Assembly: GCA_951406725.2 (NCBI GenBank)
Contig: OX597830.1
Span: forward strand, 52,142,001 to 52,206,000
Source: Octopus vulgaris
Lineage: Eukaryota
Direction: 5' to 3'
Length of the DNA: 64,000 nucleotides
Part shown: positions 26,370 through 40,699 of the stretch, piece after piece
Layout: each line of letters begins with the position of its first letter
Position numbering within the stretch: the first letter of the stretch is position 1
Program-made: the position numbers and the translations under genes
Notes under the pieces: generated by a model
What the model saw: only the letters and a program-made list of their open reading frames with translations
What the model was told of the DNA's origin: nothing
Databases searched by the model: none

Positions 26370-26600
26370 ATATGTGTGTGTGTGTGTTTGTGTGTCTGTG
26401 TTTGTTCCCCTAGCATTGCTTGACAACCGATGCTGGTGTGTTTACGTCCCCGTCACTCAGCGGTTCGGCAAAAGAGACCGATAGAATAAGCACTGGGCTT
26501 ACAAAGAATAAGTCCCGGGGTCGATTTGCTCGACTAAAGGCGGTGCTCCAGCATGGTCGCAGTCAAAATGACTGAAACAAGTAAAAGAGTAAAAAAGAGA
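26370..26600 (+). mobile_element. SINE family B 3' half
   Basis: Matches the 3' half of the copy at 38155. Confidence 0.9.
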
Positions 26601-26898
26601 GAGAAAAGAGTAAATACAAATGACCGCAGAGAACGTATGAACGGGAAATCACATATTTTGTTATAGTTGAAGGTAATTTTGAGGATAACATAATATACAC
26701 TTATACATAATACCTTCATGCATAGACACACGCACACATGTAATCTGATATGTATGTGTGTGTGTACATATGCGTGTAAATATATGTCTGCATATGTGTA
26801 AGCCTATATGTGTGTATATATAAATATATATGTATGTATCAATTTATCTCTAATAAAGTATGCGTGCATTTGTGTGTGCGCTTGTGCCTGTGTGTGTA

Positions 26899-26940
<42 letters not shown>

Positions 26941-27156
26941 AGAGGGAATGTTGAAACTTGAGAAGATAGTTTTGCCTAACACCTGTCAAAATTACCAGAG
27001 ATGAAAGCAAAAGGATGAACCTAAAATAACCTCAAATATTCCGCATAAGCACTTTGAATTAGAATTAGAAATTTAACAAAAAAACTGAAAACAACACCTC
27101 AATAGAAAAATAAAAAAGAACATCACTCGCTAAATTTCTCCGATTGCAAATTTCGC

Positions 27157-27228
<72 letters not shown>

Positions 27229-27363
27229 TATATATATATATATATATATACATCTATATACTAACACACACCAAAATATATCTACACATATATAGATACA
27301 CAGATATGCTCATATATTTATAAATTCGAAGTAGAGGTACTTTGTATTTTCACTGCTTGAGCA

Positions 27364-27497
<134 letters not shown>

Positions 27498-28053
27498 ATA
27501 TATATATCACATATCCGACCAATTTTTATGGAAATTTCTCTAAATAACTTTCTGTGTTTGCCTACGTCCCCAAACACACACACACACGCACATACTGGCG
27601 CGCATACAGATTCAATGCCGATGAATTATCGTTACAATTTCAGTAGTCAGAGAAAAAAAAAAAAAAAAAAAAAATCTCAACACGTTGCCTACAAGCAGTG
27701 GAGACAAAACGTGGAAATGATTTGATGTTTCCAATTAAACTTTGTAACACCGTTTTCAAATAGACTCAGCAGAGTTGTCCTTAGTTTTCTTTTCTGAACC
27801 TTTCACATTGTAAAGTTAATTCGTGACCAATCTGTGTTGTGTATGTATGTATTCAGCATGTATTCAGTATGTCATTATTTAGTTTTATTTTCAAGATATC
27901 CTGCCAATAGTGAAAGAGCCGATTTCTAACCTAGATCTAAAGTTCGTTCAATGAAATTTCAACATAAACTAGGTATGTATATATGCGTGTGTGTGTGTAT
28001 GGTAATATTTCAGAGTGGTTATTCTTTTCCTTGCCAAAGGAACACACGTTGTG

Positions 28054-28302
28054 AAGGCGCGTTGCTTAGTAGCTAGGGTGTCAGCATCATGATCGTAAGA
28101 TTGTGGTTTCGATTCCTGGACCAGGTGATGTGTTGTGTTGTTGAGCAAAACACTTCATTTCACGTTGCTCCAGTCCACTCAGCTGGCAAAAATGAGTAAC
28201 GCAGCGATGGACTGGCGTCCCGTCCAGCTGGGTAACACATACGCCATAGAAACTAGGAAACCGGGCCCATGAGCCTGGCTGGGCTTTAAAAGGGCGCATT
28301 TA
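28054..28302 (+). mobile_element. tRNA-derived SINE with V-SINE-like central domain
   Basis: tRNA-like head (GGCGCGTTGCTTAGTAG..GTTTCGATTCC) and GCGATGGACTGGCGTCCCGTCCAG motif. Confidence 0.75.
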
Positions 28303-28321
28303 TAAATGAACACACGCACTA

Positions 28322-28640
28322 TATATTTGTTCTTCACTCGTTTATATTTTTTTTTTTGTTTTATTTTATTATCGTTGTCTGGAAATCTTTCGTCACATTT
28401 GTGACCTCTTGGGCGACCCTTCCATTCTCGTATATTCTCCTGCGCAGCCTAATCCGTACAGAGAATGTACCAGGCGGAGCAGGAGGGAACCAGCCGGAAC
28501 AGAAGGGTATTAAGTGGAGCAGGAGGATACACGTGAATTGAAGTATCGCTGAAGAGGTCACATATGTGAGACGTAAGATTTCCAGACAATGAACATAGGA
28601 TAAAACAAGAACAATAATAAACGATTGAAGACGGATATAC
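28322..28640. mobile_element. Fold-back element with a degenerate hammerhead in each arm
   Basis: Arms ~28322-28443 and 28519-28640; right arm CTGAAGA-G-GTCAC-atat-GTGA; left arm (minus) GTCAC-aaat-GTGAC-GAAA-GATTTC. Confidence 0.75.
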
Positions 28641-28755
28641 AGTGCGTGTGTTTATTTGGCAATAAAAAAATGGCCGTCCCGAAATATATAGCAATATCTG
28701 ATTCAAAACACGATTTCACATCAGGAAGCTTGCAAAACAAATTTATAAACGTATA

Positions 28756-28794
<39 letters not shown>

Positions 28795-29634
28795 CTGTGT
28801 TGTTCAAACATCCAAAAGACCCATACCAAGGATACCTCTCACGCACCAAGTATATGCAGGTACACACACATTCATGCACAGGGACACACATTTATATACA
28901 CAAGGCTTACCCATACCACACATACACACATACACACACAGAGAGACATATATACGTGAACACGCATATACAACAGGCATACAACCACAAAAACTCACAC
29001 GCTCAGACACACATACATGCACAAACACACAAGCACACACACAAACACAGACACAGGAGTACACACACAGAAGAATACATGTATATATACATACATACAT
29101 GCATGCATGCTTGCATACATACATACATACATGCATGCTTGCATACATACATACATACATACATACATACATACATACATACATACATACATACATACAT
29201 ACATACATACATACATACATACGCTCACACTGCAAGCAAACACCCGCACGCAGCAAGGTCCCATTCAGACAAACGCGGCCTCCTTAACTTAAAAGTCATT
29301 GACAACTCTGCTTACAGCGACGAAAGAGCTTTCACAAAGGAAAACAAAATCGAATGACTTTCAATTCTTTAGTTGAATATTTAAACAGTTGACTAATATT
29401 AGAGGAGTGGAATTGAACCAGTGCGTATGTATATATACTATTGGTATAACCACTCTCCTTAAGCAAACATTCACACACACACACACATATATACTATAAA
29501 TATATACCTATGTACGTCTGTGTGTGTGAATACACATATCTACACGAAAATATACATACCCACGTCTATATATGGATACATATATATGTACACGTATGCA
29601 TACATATGTGCATATACATGTGCATGTTTATGCA

Positions 29635-30528
29635 CGGCGTCTGATCCAATTAGTATCCGGACTGTTGCCATTGTAACGAAGCTAAAGCTCGCAGAGTAAA
29701 GCTGCTGGGCACAGATTGACCTTGAACTCTGCTGTTTATGCACTCTACATTTTAACGGTTTAGCTCACATCTGCTGTTTACAGCAGCAGTGCTTGGATGG
29801 AAGGTGTGTAGCGTGTGATCGTTACATTGACCACGACAGAGGAGGTTTTCAAGGCGATACCTGTTCAGAGGCCTATGCAAAGTGGCAAAAAGTGTATGGA
29901 GAGGAATGTATGAGCTGCACACGACTATACGAGTGGTTCAGACGTTTCCAAGATGGCCGAGAAAATGTCGATATTGAGGAACATTCTGGGAGACCCGCAA
30001 CAATCAGAAGTGAGAAACACATCCCAAATGTGCGTGCCTCTGTGAGGAGAAATCGTCGAATTACCATCTACGAGTTATCAGGGGATGTAATGATTATTTT
30101 CGACTCAGTGTAGCCCATTGTTACTCAAGATTTGGGTATGCTACTCGTGTTTGCCAAGTTTGTGCCAAAACTGCTTTCAGCTGACCAAAAAGACACTCGG
30201 GTTGCAAAAGATCTTGGTTCTTGGTTGTGTCGAGAGCAATGAACATTTTTGAAAACTTTGCGTTGGCTTCTGAGCAAGTACTGCCAAGCGTTTTGCAAAA
30301 TTTGATGCAGATTCTCTGCTCAACTTTCTTTGTCATGATCAATGCAACGATCACACGCTACACATCTTCCTTCGAAGTACTGCTGTAAACTGCATAATTA
30401 AGCTAGAACGTTGAGGCTTAGTGCACACGTGCAAAAGAGTTCAAGGTCAATCTGTATCAAGCAGTTTCACTTTCTGTGCTTTAACTTCGTTAGTATTGAA
30501 TCAGTCCGGATACTTATTGATCAGATCA
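29635..30528. mobile_element. Mariner-derived fold-back made of two 5' ends
   Basis: TCTGATC..TAGTATCCGGACTG end on both sides; + arm encodes YEWFRRFQDGRE..HSGRP, - arm encodes MTKKVEQRICIKFC. Confidence 0.8.
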
Positions 30529-30614
30529 TACATATACACATACACTTATTTACACACACACACATATATGTATGTATGTGCGAGAGAGAGGTGGAAAGAA
30601 GAACTGAATAATCT

Positions 30615-31224
30615 TTTCTACTCTAGGCACAAGGCCCGGAATTTGAGGGGAGGGGGCCAATCGATGAGATCGACCCCAGTACGCGACTGGTACTTAATTC
30701 ATCGACCCCGGGAGGATGAAAGGCAAAGTCGACCTCAGTGAAATTTGAACTCAGAACGTAAAGAGAGATGAAATACTGCTGAGCATTTCGCCCGGCGTGC
30801 TAACTTTTCTTATTTCTTTATTGCCCACAAAGGCTAAACATAGAGGGGACAAACAAGGACAGACAAAGGAATTAAGTCGATTACGTCAACCCCAATGCGT
30901 AACTGGTACTTAATTTACCGACCCCGAAAGGATGAAAGGCAAAGTCGACCTCGGCAAAATTTGAACTCAGAACGTAGCGGCAGACGAAATTCCTATTTCT
31001 TTTCTCCCCACTTGGGGCTACACACAGAGAGGACAAACAAGTACAAACAAACGGATTAAGTCGATTACATCGAACCAGTACGTCACTGGTACTTAATTTA
31101 TGGACCCCGAAAGGATGAAAGGTAAAGTCGACCTCGGCGGAATTTGAACTCAGAACGCAGCGGCGTACGAACTACTGCTAAGCATTTCGCCCAGCGTGCA
31201 AACGTTTCTGCCAGCTCGCCGCCT
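30615..31224 (-). mobile_element. SINE family A composite (three body units, two tail types)
   Basis: Three copies of CGACCCCGAAAGGATGAAAGGCAAAGTCGACCTC; flanked by AGAACT(G/A)AATAATC. Confidence 0.9.
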
Positions 31225-31788
31225 GGGGAGAACTAAATAATCCAATACATTTTAGTGCGCGCTTATTTTAGTGAGACCCGTATAGCAGCCATAATAACTC
31301 TACTTGTTTACTAAAATCAGCTTTGCTTTATCGCCTAAAGTGCCCTCCATGAGCAGTTTATCGCATGAAAGTTTCGCCTCTCGTTATTGTTCATTTGTGT
31401 TCTTTCTGCGATAAACCTTCAAATTTATTTCTCGTTCTTAATGAAAATGATAAAATACGAAAAATATTTTCATAGTTTAAACTAGAATGTTGCATCAGAT
31501 TTTAAACACGGGAAACCATAGGGGATTTTTCTGGCTTTCAACCAACTGGCATTGATTAATGCTATAGTATAATATTTAATTGCTCCTTCTTTCCTTCCCT
31601 CCATCCTTCTCTTTCTCTCTCTCTTTTGCACTTGCTTTTTCTCTCCTCTTTCGTTTTTATTTAAGCTTTTATATTTACCAACTCGTTTGTGACTAACCAC
31701 TTAGCAGCAATTTCCCTGAACGGTTCGACAAACACACATACGAATATACACATACATACACTTATACAAACACACACACACACACGCC

Positions 31789-31832
<44 letters not shown>

Positions 31833-31920
31833 TGCTCTTCCTCTCTTTCTCTCTCTTTCCTGCTCCCTGGCTCTCTTGCTTTCTGGCTCATGTACATACA
31901 GACATACACACGCAAACATG

Positions 31921-31951
<31 letters not shown>

Positions 31952-32503
31952 ACACACACACACACACACTCACATACGCAACATACATTTAGAGATTCCC
32001 AGCTAAACTTTGGTGTTATGCATGATGAAGAATGCAAACGCAAAGCAGAATTGTCCAAGTGGGTGATGCATTTGACATTGTTGACTGAAATATTGCACGA
32101 CATGCAATGTTGTATTACCAACATCAGCTGCCGTTAATTCCGAATTCCGTTGGTGGATTGCTATACGCAGAAGATCTCTGTGTTCTTCTGTCAAACTTCG
32201 GGTTATTGACCATTAATTCTAGATGGAATTATTTATTCAAAGAGAGCAATTGAATAAAAATATTTCTTTATTCCATGTTTTTACTAGTATCAGGCATTGA
32301 ACTGCAGCAGTACTGGAGCACGGTATTCAAAAGTTTATAGCTTTCCCATGTAGTGACAGGGACTGTGAAGGCTAATGATAGCTGTAAGCACAAACTGGGA
32401 GACCCACATGTCTTGGGTGTCTTTCAGTTTTATAGTAACTGTACATTGTTGTCTGGGTGGTCTGTGTACAACATGCTACGGTGACGCTATTTTATGTACT
32501 TTG

Positions 32504-32899
32504 GGCGGCGAGCTGGCAGAATCGTTAGCACGCCGGGCGAAATGCGTAGCCGTATTTCGTCTGCGGTTACGTTCTGAGTTCAAATTCCGCCGAGGTCGAC
32601 TTTGCCTTTCATCCTTTCGGGATCGATAAATTAAGTACCAGTTACGCACTGGGATCGATGTAATCGACTTAATCCGTTTGTCTGTTCTTATTTGTCCCCT
32701 CTATGCTTAGCCCCTTGTGGGTAGTAAAGAAATAGGTATTTCGTCTGTCGTTATGTTCTGAGTTCAAATTCCGCCGAGGTCGACTTTACCTTTCATCCTT
32801 TCGTGGTCGATAAATTAAGTACCTGATACGCACTGGGGTCGATGTAATCAACTTAATCCGTTTGTCTCTCCCTGTTTGTCCCCTCTGTGTTTAGTCCCT
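32504..32899 (+). mobile_element. SINE family A dimer
   Basis: One head and two body-tail units joined by AAAGAAATAGGTATTTCGTCTG. Confidence 0.92.
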
Positions 32900-33741
32900 G
32901 GAGGAGGAGAAGGAGTAGAAAACGAAGAAGAAGATGAAGAAGGAAAGAAGGTGAAGAAGAAGGAGGAGGAGGGGGGAAGGGGAGGAGGAGGAGGAGAAAA
33001 AGAAGAAGGTGGAGGAGGAGGAGAAGAAGGAGAAGGAGAAAAAGAAGAAGAAGAAGAAGAAGAAGAAGAAGAAGATGATCAAGAAGATGACGAAGAAGGA
33101 GATGATGATGATGATGATGAAGAAGAAGAAGAAGAAGAAGAAGATGATGATGGTGATGGTAATGATGAGGATGAAGAAGAAGAAGAATGTGATGATGATG
33201 ATGATGATGGTAATGATGAGGATGAAGAAGAAGAAGAAGAAGAAGATGATGATGATGATGGTGAAGAAGAAGAAGAAGAAGATGATGATGATGATGAAGA
33301 AGAAGAAGAAGAAGAAGAAGCGGAAGAAGAAGATGATGATGATGATGAAGAAGAAGAAGAAGAAGAAGAAGAAGAAGATGATGATGATGGTAATGATGAG
33401 GATGAAGAAGAAGAATGTGATGATGATGATGATACTGATGATGATGAAGAAGAAGAAGAAGAAGAAGAAGAAGAAGAAGATGATGATGATGATGGTGAAG
33501 AAGAAGAAGAAGATGATGATGATGATGAAAAAGAAGAAGAAGAAGATGATGATGATGATGAAGAAGAAGAAGAAGAAGAAGAAGAAGAAGAAGAAGAAGA
33601 AGCGGAAGAAGAAGATGAAGAAGAAGAAGTAGATGATGATGATGATGAAGAAGAAGAAGAAGAAGAAGAAGAAGAAGAAGAAGAAGAAGAAGAAGAAGAA
33701 GAAGAAGAAGAAGAAGAAGAAGAAGAAGAAGAAGAAGAAGA
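32900..33741. repeat. (GAA)n/(GAT)n compound array with higher-order units
   Basis: Recurrent GGTAATGATGAGGAT, GAAGCGGAA and GAATGTGAT variants. Confidence 0.95.
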
Positions 33742-33846
33742 AATTCTGCATGTGTGTCAGCGAACTCCCTGCGAGCAAAGAATAAATCTAAGATCATCGC
33801 CAAGCAAGACTTAAGAAACCTCAAAAACAGTGAAAGAAATTATGTT

Positions 33847-34618
33847 TTAGTAGAACCCGTGTAAATTCCACGGAATAGAAAAAAAATTAAGTGAACCTAT
33901 TAAAGAAAGAAAGGATTATTTTCAATTTTATAGCATTCATAATTTAACCATTTTTCAAATATTTTTGACGTTCGTCTACATTTCCTCAGGTCTCCATTGG
34001 TGTCCTTGTTCCTCTTTTTATTTTTTTTTTTTCTCACTGCTTCCCTCTCATCTGTGCTCTGTATCTGCGCATCTTTTCTCGGGCAGCTTGCAACCGCGTT
34101 TCTTGTGAATCCAGAGTTTAGGCTAAATTAACCTTTATAAACAAATATCAATATTATAAGCGAGAAGACGATAAATAATTGCACTTATACGTATGCCATG
34201 ATCGCTATAAAAAATAGTTCAATAAAATAAAATACTTTTCAATAGCAACACACCACTAAAACCACCACCACCACCACCACCGCTATCCGCCTCTCTCTCG
34301 ATGTTACTGCCACTCCTGTCCATTTCTTTCCATCTACCTTTTTCTTCAGCGAACTTTTTAACTACATGAGAAGTATTCCTTTCTCACCCCACCGCACGTC
34401 GTTAACACTTCTCTCTCCCTCTTTCTCCCTCGTCGTCTTTTTCTCTCGTTCTAAGCTTCTACCTTCAGCTGACCATATGACCATTTAGTCTAAACGATTT
34501 AACATTAATCATCTTTCTCTACTTCTTCCTCTATTCTTTCATCACTCCTTCATCTCTCTCTCTCTCTTTCTCTCTCACTCTTACTCCACCTCTACCTCTA
34601 GCAGATTGTTATATAGAT
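33847..34618 (-). mobile_element. Non-autonomous Helitron-like element
   Basis: Minus strand starts A|TCTATATAAC and ends with hairpin CCGTGGAATTTACACGG followed by CTAA. Confidence 0.5.
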
Positions 34619-35684
34619 GTAAATCATTTCAGGAAACTGAAAACGTTCTTTCATATATGAAGTAATATAAGGCACAGTTTTTCCTAGATGCGTTGCCACA
34701 GAAAAACGCGCGGGCTCTGTACGTAACAGAACTGTGAACAAAACTATGAATGCGAGTATTAATCATATAGGCATTCTCATTTCTTATTTCTACACATATG
34801 CACATTGCTGCTTCTCGCTTATACATCAACAAATATAATGTTTATACTATTCACACACGAAACCTATAAGCTTCCACGCGTGTAAAAAACAAACATCGAA
34901 CGCACGATATTTTGATAACTTTAACAAAAGATACAAATACTTCGTTTTAAACAGTGGAAAAGAGCAATTCTGCTAGGGGAAAAAGTTATAAAGAAAAGAA
35001 CGGCGGTGGATTTGCGTATGAAATCGTGGTACGAAAAAATCGCGGGCAATCGCAGTACGAAAGAAGCCTCGTCACACATACAGAGGTGGTGTTCTGTCAA
35101 AAGGTTAACTTTGTAAAGACGGACCCACCTCTTAATATTACAACCCAAACGAAAAACAAGACTAAAAGAGAACGATGGACAGATGGGAGTTACATTGAAG
35201 TGGTATAGGTATTCTACAATGCAACACAATGCCCAAAACATACAGGTATAATAAAAAAAAAAAGATATGGGATATGGAGGAAAAATAATTAAGATATAAA
35301 GAAAATCAAAATTCACTTGCAAAGGAGTGGTAATAATATCGAGAAGGGCAAGTTCCCAAAACCGAAATAGACAAACTCGTACCAATAACATGAACAACAA
35401 CCACGCTCGCATTACATACACAATACACAATACAAAGACTAATACAACAAAAGAATCGGACCAAACCCCATAAGAAAAAAATACTGATGCAATACAATGT
35501 CTGGGAAGTGTTTGTATTTCCAAAACACAAACACATGAAGACATGAAAACACAATGTTACACACACCTCAGCAATACGGATGTGGGACATGTGGCGCTGT
35601 AGGAACTTACTAGAAAATATCAGCTGTCCAACAACAACAACAACGACGACGAAGATAACAACAACAATAGCAACAACAATGATG

Positions 35685-36351
<667 letters not shown>

Positions 36352-36536
36352 TAATAATAATAATAATAATAATTTTCATTATGAGACATCGCTTGTATAC
36401 CATATCATTATTTTAAATTACTAATAGAAAGAATTATATAAACTTATTTGGTCCACGAACCAAGTTACCTCCTAATTCACTTTCAGATTCATGCAACATA
36501 TATGTTTAAAAATTTAGAAATGTGTGTGTATGTATA

Positions 36537-36578
<42 letters not shown>

Positions 36579-36857
36579 TATGTGTATGTTAAATTTTATA
36601 TTTCACAAAATATTTCAGATTGTACATGAACAGTTTGATAACATTTCAATATCTCTCGTTGTTGTTGCTGTTGTCATTGTTTATGTTGCTGCTGTTTGTT
36701 GTTGTTGTTGTTTTTCTTCTTCTTCTTCTTCTTCTTCTTCTTCTTCTTCTTCTTCTTCTTCTTCTTCTTCTTCTTCTTCTTCTTCTTCTTCTTCTTGCTG
36801 CTGCTGTGTTGCATTCAATGTTGCAGAAAGAAAAATCAATGAAGTATAATATAACGT

Positions 36858-36961
<104 letters not shown>

Positions 36962-37952
36962 AACACACTTGTGTGTGTGTATGTGTACTTATAGTTTAAA
37001 TTTATGTATTTACAAACACCCACAACCACCCACCCAAAACACACACACACACACACACACACAGAAACACACAAACACACACACAAACACACACACGAAC
37101 ACACACACAAGCACACACACAAACACACACACAAACACACACACATGCGGGTCAAAAGAAAATCGATGAAATATTCCTATTAGGAAATTAAGTCATTCAA
37201 AACCCAATGTTTTGTACATCGTCAAATTAGAATAAGTTTTCGATTTGATTTTTGTTTTTTTGTTTTGTTTTTTGTTGTTTTTTTTTTTTGTTGTTGTCTT
37301 ATATGTAATCACACAACAAACGGAATTCTGTGGGAAATCGTTTTGTCTAAGTTTGCCTCGGTGCATCTTTAAAAGTAGTTTAATGGCTTCCGTCGAATTA
37401 CAAATATAATAATGACACATTTCCACATACACATCCATATACATACATACACAAATTCATACATGTATACATACGTATCTACATATACATATATAAAATT
37501 TAGTTGCTCCAGGATGTGAATATCTTCTCTAAAATTAGCGGGGGAAAAAAATTTCTAGGATGAACTAATATGAATACAGACTTCTTGTACCCGGGCAATA
37601 GATTCTCATTTTTACCTAATACAGTATGTTCGCTGGGCTATTTAATGATATATTCTCATAAAAGTTTGAAAACTAGTATTTTCTAAGAAAGAACAAAATA
37701 AGCGAATTCGCTGCATTCAAACACGGTTAACTGATGGCAAAATGCTGATTTGAGAAACAATTCTGAAGTTTTCCCATTTGAACTTCCTGTAATAAACATG
37801 TACACACAAAAGCATATGTATGTATAGACACGGATATACACACTCAGAGAAATAAATAATTACACAAACTTGTATACTAAAGAATTGTTTATAGCCATAT
37901 CATGAGAAAAAAGTATACTCCCAGTTTTATGTAGGTATATATATATACACAG

Positions 37953-38027
<75 letters not shown>

Positions 38028-38046
38028 GAGAGCGAGAGAGAGAGAG

Positions 38047-38586
38047 AGAGCAATAAGAAAAAGGAGGGGATGAATAGGTGATTCACCAACTTTTAGACAT
38101 TATATGATGTCAACGTATTTATGTAATTGTCATTTTAGTAAATAAATAAATTGACCTGTGGTAGGTAGCTTGTTTACCAACCACATGGTTCCGGGTTCAG
38201 TCCCACTGCGTGGCACCTTGGGCAAGTGTCTTCTACTATAGCCTCGGGCCGACCAATGCCTTGTGAGTGGATTTGGTAGAGGGAAACTGAAAGAAGCCCG
38301 TCGTATATATGTGTATATATATGCGTGTGTGTGTTTGTGTCTGTGTTTGTCCTCCTAGCATTGCTTTACAACCGATGCTGGTGTGTTTACGTCCCCGTTA
38401 CTTAGCGGTTCGGCAAAAGAGACCGATAGAATAAGTACTGGGCTTACAAAAGAATAAGTCCCGGGGTCGAGTTGCTCGATAAAAGGCGGTGCTCCAGCAT
38501 GGCCGCACTCAAATGACTGAAACAAGTAAAAGAATAAAAGAATAAAAGTTGGTGAACCACCTATTGATCCATTTTCTTATTGCTCT
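38047..38586. mobile_element. Fold-back element whose loop contains a SINE
   Basis: Inverted repeats 38047-38095 and 38543-38586 (AGAGCAATAAGAAAA..ATAGGTGATTCACCAACTTTTA). Confidence 0.7.
38155..38547 (+). mobile_element. SINE family B, near full length
   Basis: B-box GGTTCAGTCCC, CORE-like CACCTTGGGCAAGTG, internal TA/TG tract, stem-loop tail. Confidence 0.92.
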
Positions 38587-38891
38587 ATAAATTAATGGTA
38601 AAATATATCTTTACCCTCACCCATTTAGTACACTCGGTAATATAATTGCAATGCAATAAAAAGCACTTGTGTATTAATAATTGGGTATTCTACCAGCGGT
38701 ATATTGGATAGATATTATCCCTCAGTTGGTTGAATGTTATAATGTTAACTTTGAGAGATTTATGAAATAAATAAGCATACTAATATTGGACTGTTCACAT
38801 TGCGGAATTTTCTCTCAATATATAAATCGATAACACCAGTTGATCTCCGGATTTTTAATCCCCGCCGAGAAAATCACAACCTCAATATTGA

Positions 38892-38988
<97 letters not shown>

Positions 38989-39104
38989 CTTACATACAAG
39001 AGTACGCCGATGTATATATATCGGCAAACTCTTATATACAAGTATATATATATATATATACATACTTACATATACTTATATATATATATACACATACTTA
39101 CATA

Positions 39105-39440
<336 letters not shown>

Positions 39441-39445
39441 CAGAC

Positions 39446-39546
<101 letters not shown>

Positions 39547-39656
39547 TAGACACACACATAATGGATCCGTGTAATAAGGATCAGCAAAAAGAGTACTCTA
39601 TCTAATCAGAGTAAAAATATTGTTTTATACGATCGCCTCATGTGCATAAACCATGT

Positions 39657-39703
39657 TACTGATAGTTTCACGTACATGGAAACCCAATTACGTTTTTCAG
39701 GTG
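39657..39703 (-). ncRNA. Degenerate hammerhead-like motif
   Basis: Minus strand cac-CTGAAAA-ACGTA-14 nt-TACGT-GAAA-CTA-TC; perfect stem II but G8 lost and stem I poor. Confidence 0.35.
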
Positions 39704-40076
39704 TGGACTATTCTACGTAAATAATCAGGTTAGATAATGAACTGAATATAAAATGGCGCGAAAAAAGAACCGAACAACCAAACGGATTGTGTGGTAGATA
39801 CCACTAAAGCGAACTGCGAATATAAAGGAACGGTAAGTAAAAATCGGAAACCTTAAAGTAGAACCAATCGAATAATGTAAGTAATGTGATGTAAGTAATG
39901 GGGATGGATATAATATAAGAATACAATCGTGCAATATAATATAAAATAGAATAATAAGTAATAAAAATGAATTATGAAATAATAGAAGAAATTTTTAAAG
40001 GGGTACGTACAAATATGAAATATGCAAAAAGATATGAAATTTATGAAAAATTTTGAAAAAAGAACATTTACAATAA

Positions 40077-40467
40077 GCAGGAGTGGCTGTGTGGTAAGTA
40101 GCTTGCTAACCAACCACATGGTTCCGGGTTCAGTCCCACTGCGTGGCACCTCGAGCAAGTGTCTTCTACTATAGCCTCGGGCCGACCAAAGCCTTGTGAG
40201 TGGATTTGGTAGACGGAAACTGAAAGAAGTCCGTCGTATATATATATATATGTATGTGTGTGTGTTTGTGTGTCTGTGTTTGTCCCCTAGCATTGCTTGA
40301 CAACCGATGCTGGTGTGTTTACGTCCTCGTCACATAGCGGTTCGGCAAAAGAGACCGATAGAATAAGTACTGGGCTTACAGAAAATAAGTCCCGGGGTCA
40401 ATTTGCTCGACTAAAGGCGGTGCTCCAGCATGGCCACAGTCAAATGACTGAAACAAGTAAAAGAGTA
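40077..40467 (+). mobile_element. SINE family B, full length
   Basis: GCAGGAGTGGCTGTGTGGTAAG head through GACTGAAACAAGTAAAAGAG tail. Confidence 0.93.
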
Positions 40468-40699
40468 ATAAATATGGAAATATATATGAAAAAAATATGA
40501 AATATATAAATAAATATAAAATATAAAAATATATGAATATGAAATATAGATAATAAACCCGAATATAAATATAAAATAACACGATGAAAGAAGAAAAAAA
40601 TATATGCGTCGCCATCAAGCAAAAGAAGATAAAATTCATTGATGTCCAGTCAATCAAGAATGGGTGGAATCTTCCGGTCTTTTAAAAGTTATTTATGCA

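Noticed and set aside
32876-33814. 312-aa acidic ORF
   Set aside because: Pure GAA/GAT repeat that begins inside a SINE tail with a non-ATG start.
34921-35544. 207-aa hydrophobic ORF
   Set aside because: Composition reflects an A-rich opposite strand, probably a decayed retroelement end; no motif recognised.
38495-38530. SINE B tail (stem-loop, GAAAC-AA-GTA) resembles the 3' half of a hammerhead
   Set aside because: No CUGANGA-like strand or stem I; better explained as a LINE-recognition stem-loop.
40077-40150. tRNA-like heads with A and B boxes
   Set aside because: SINE heads continuing into SINE bodies; no complete cloverleaf.
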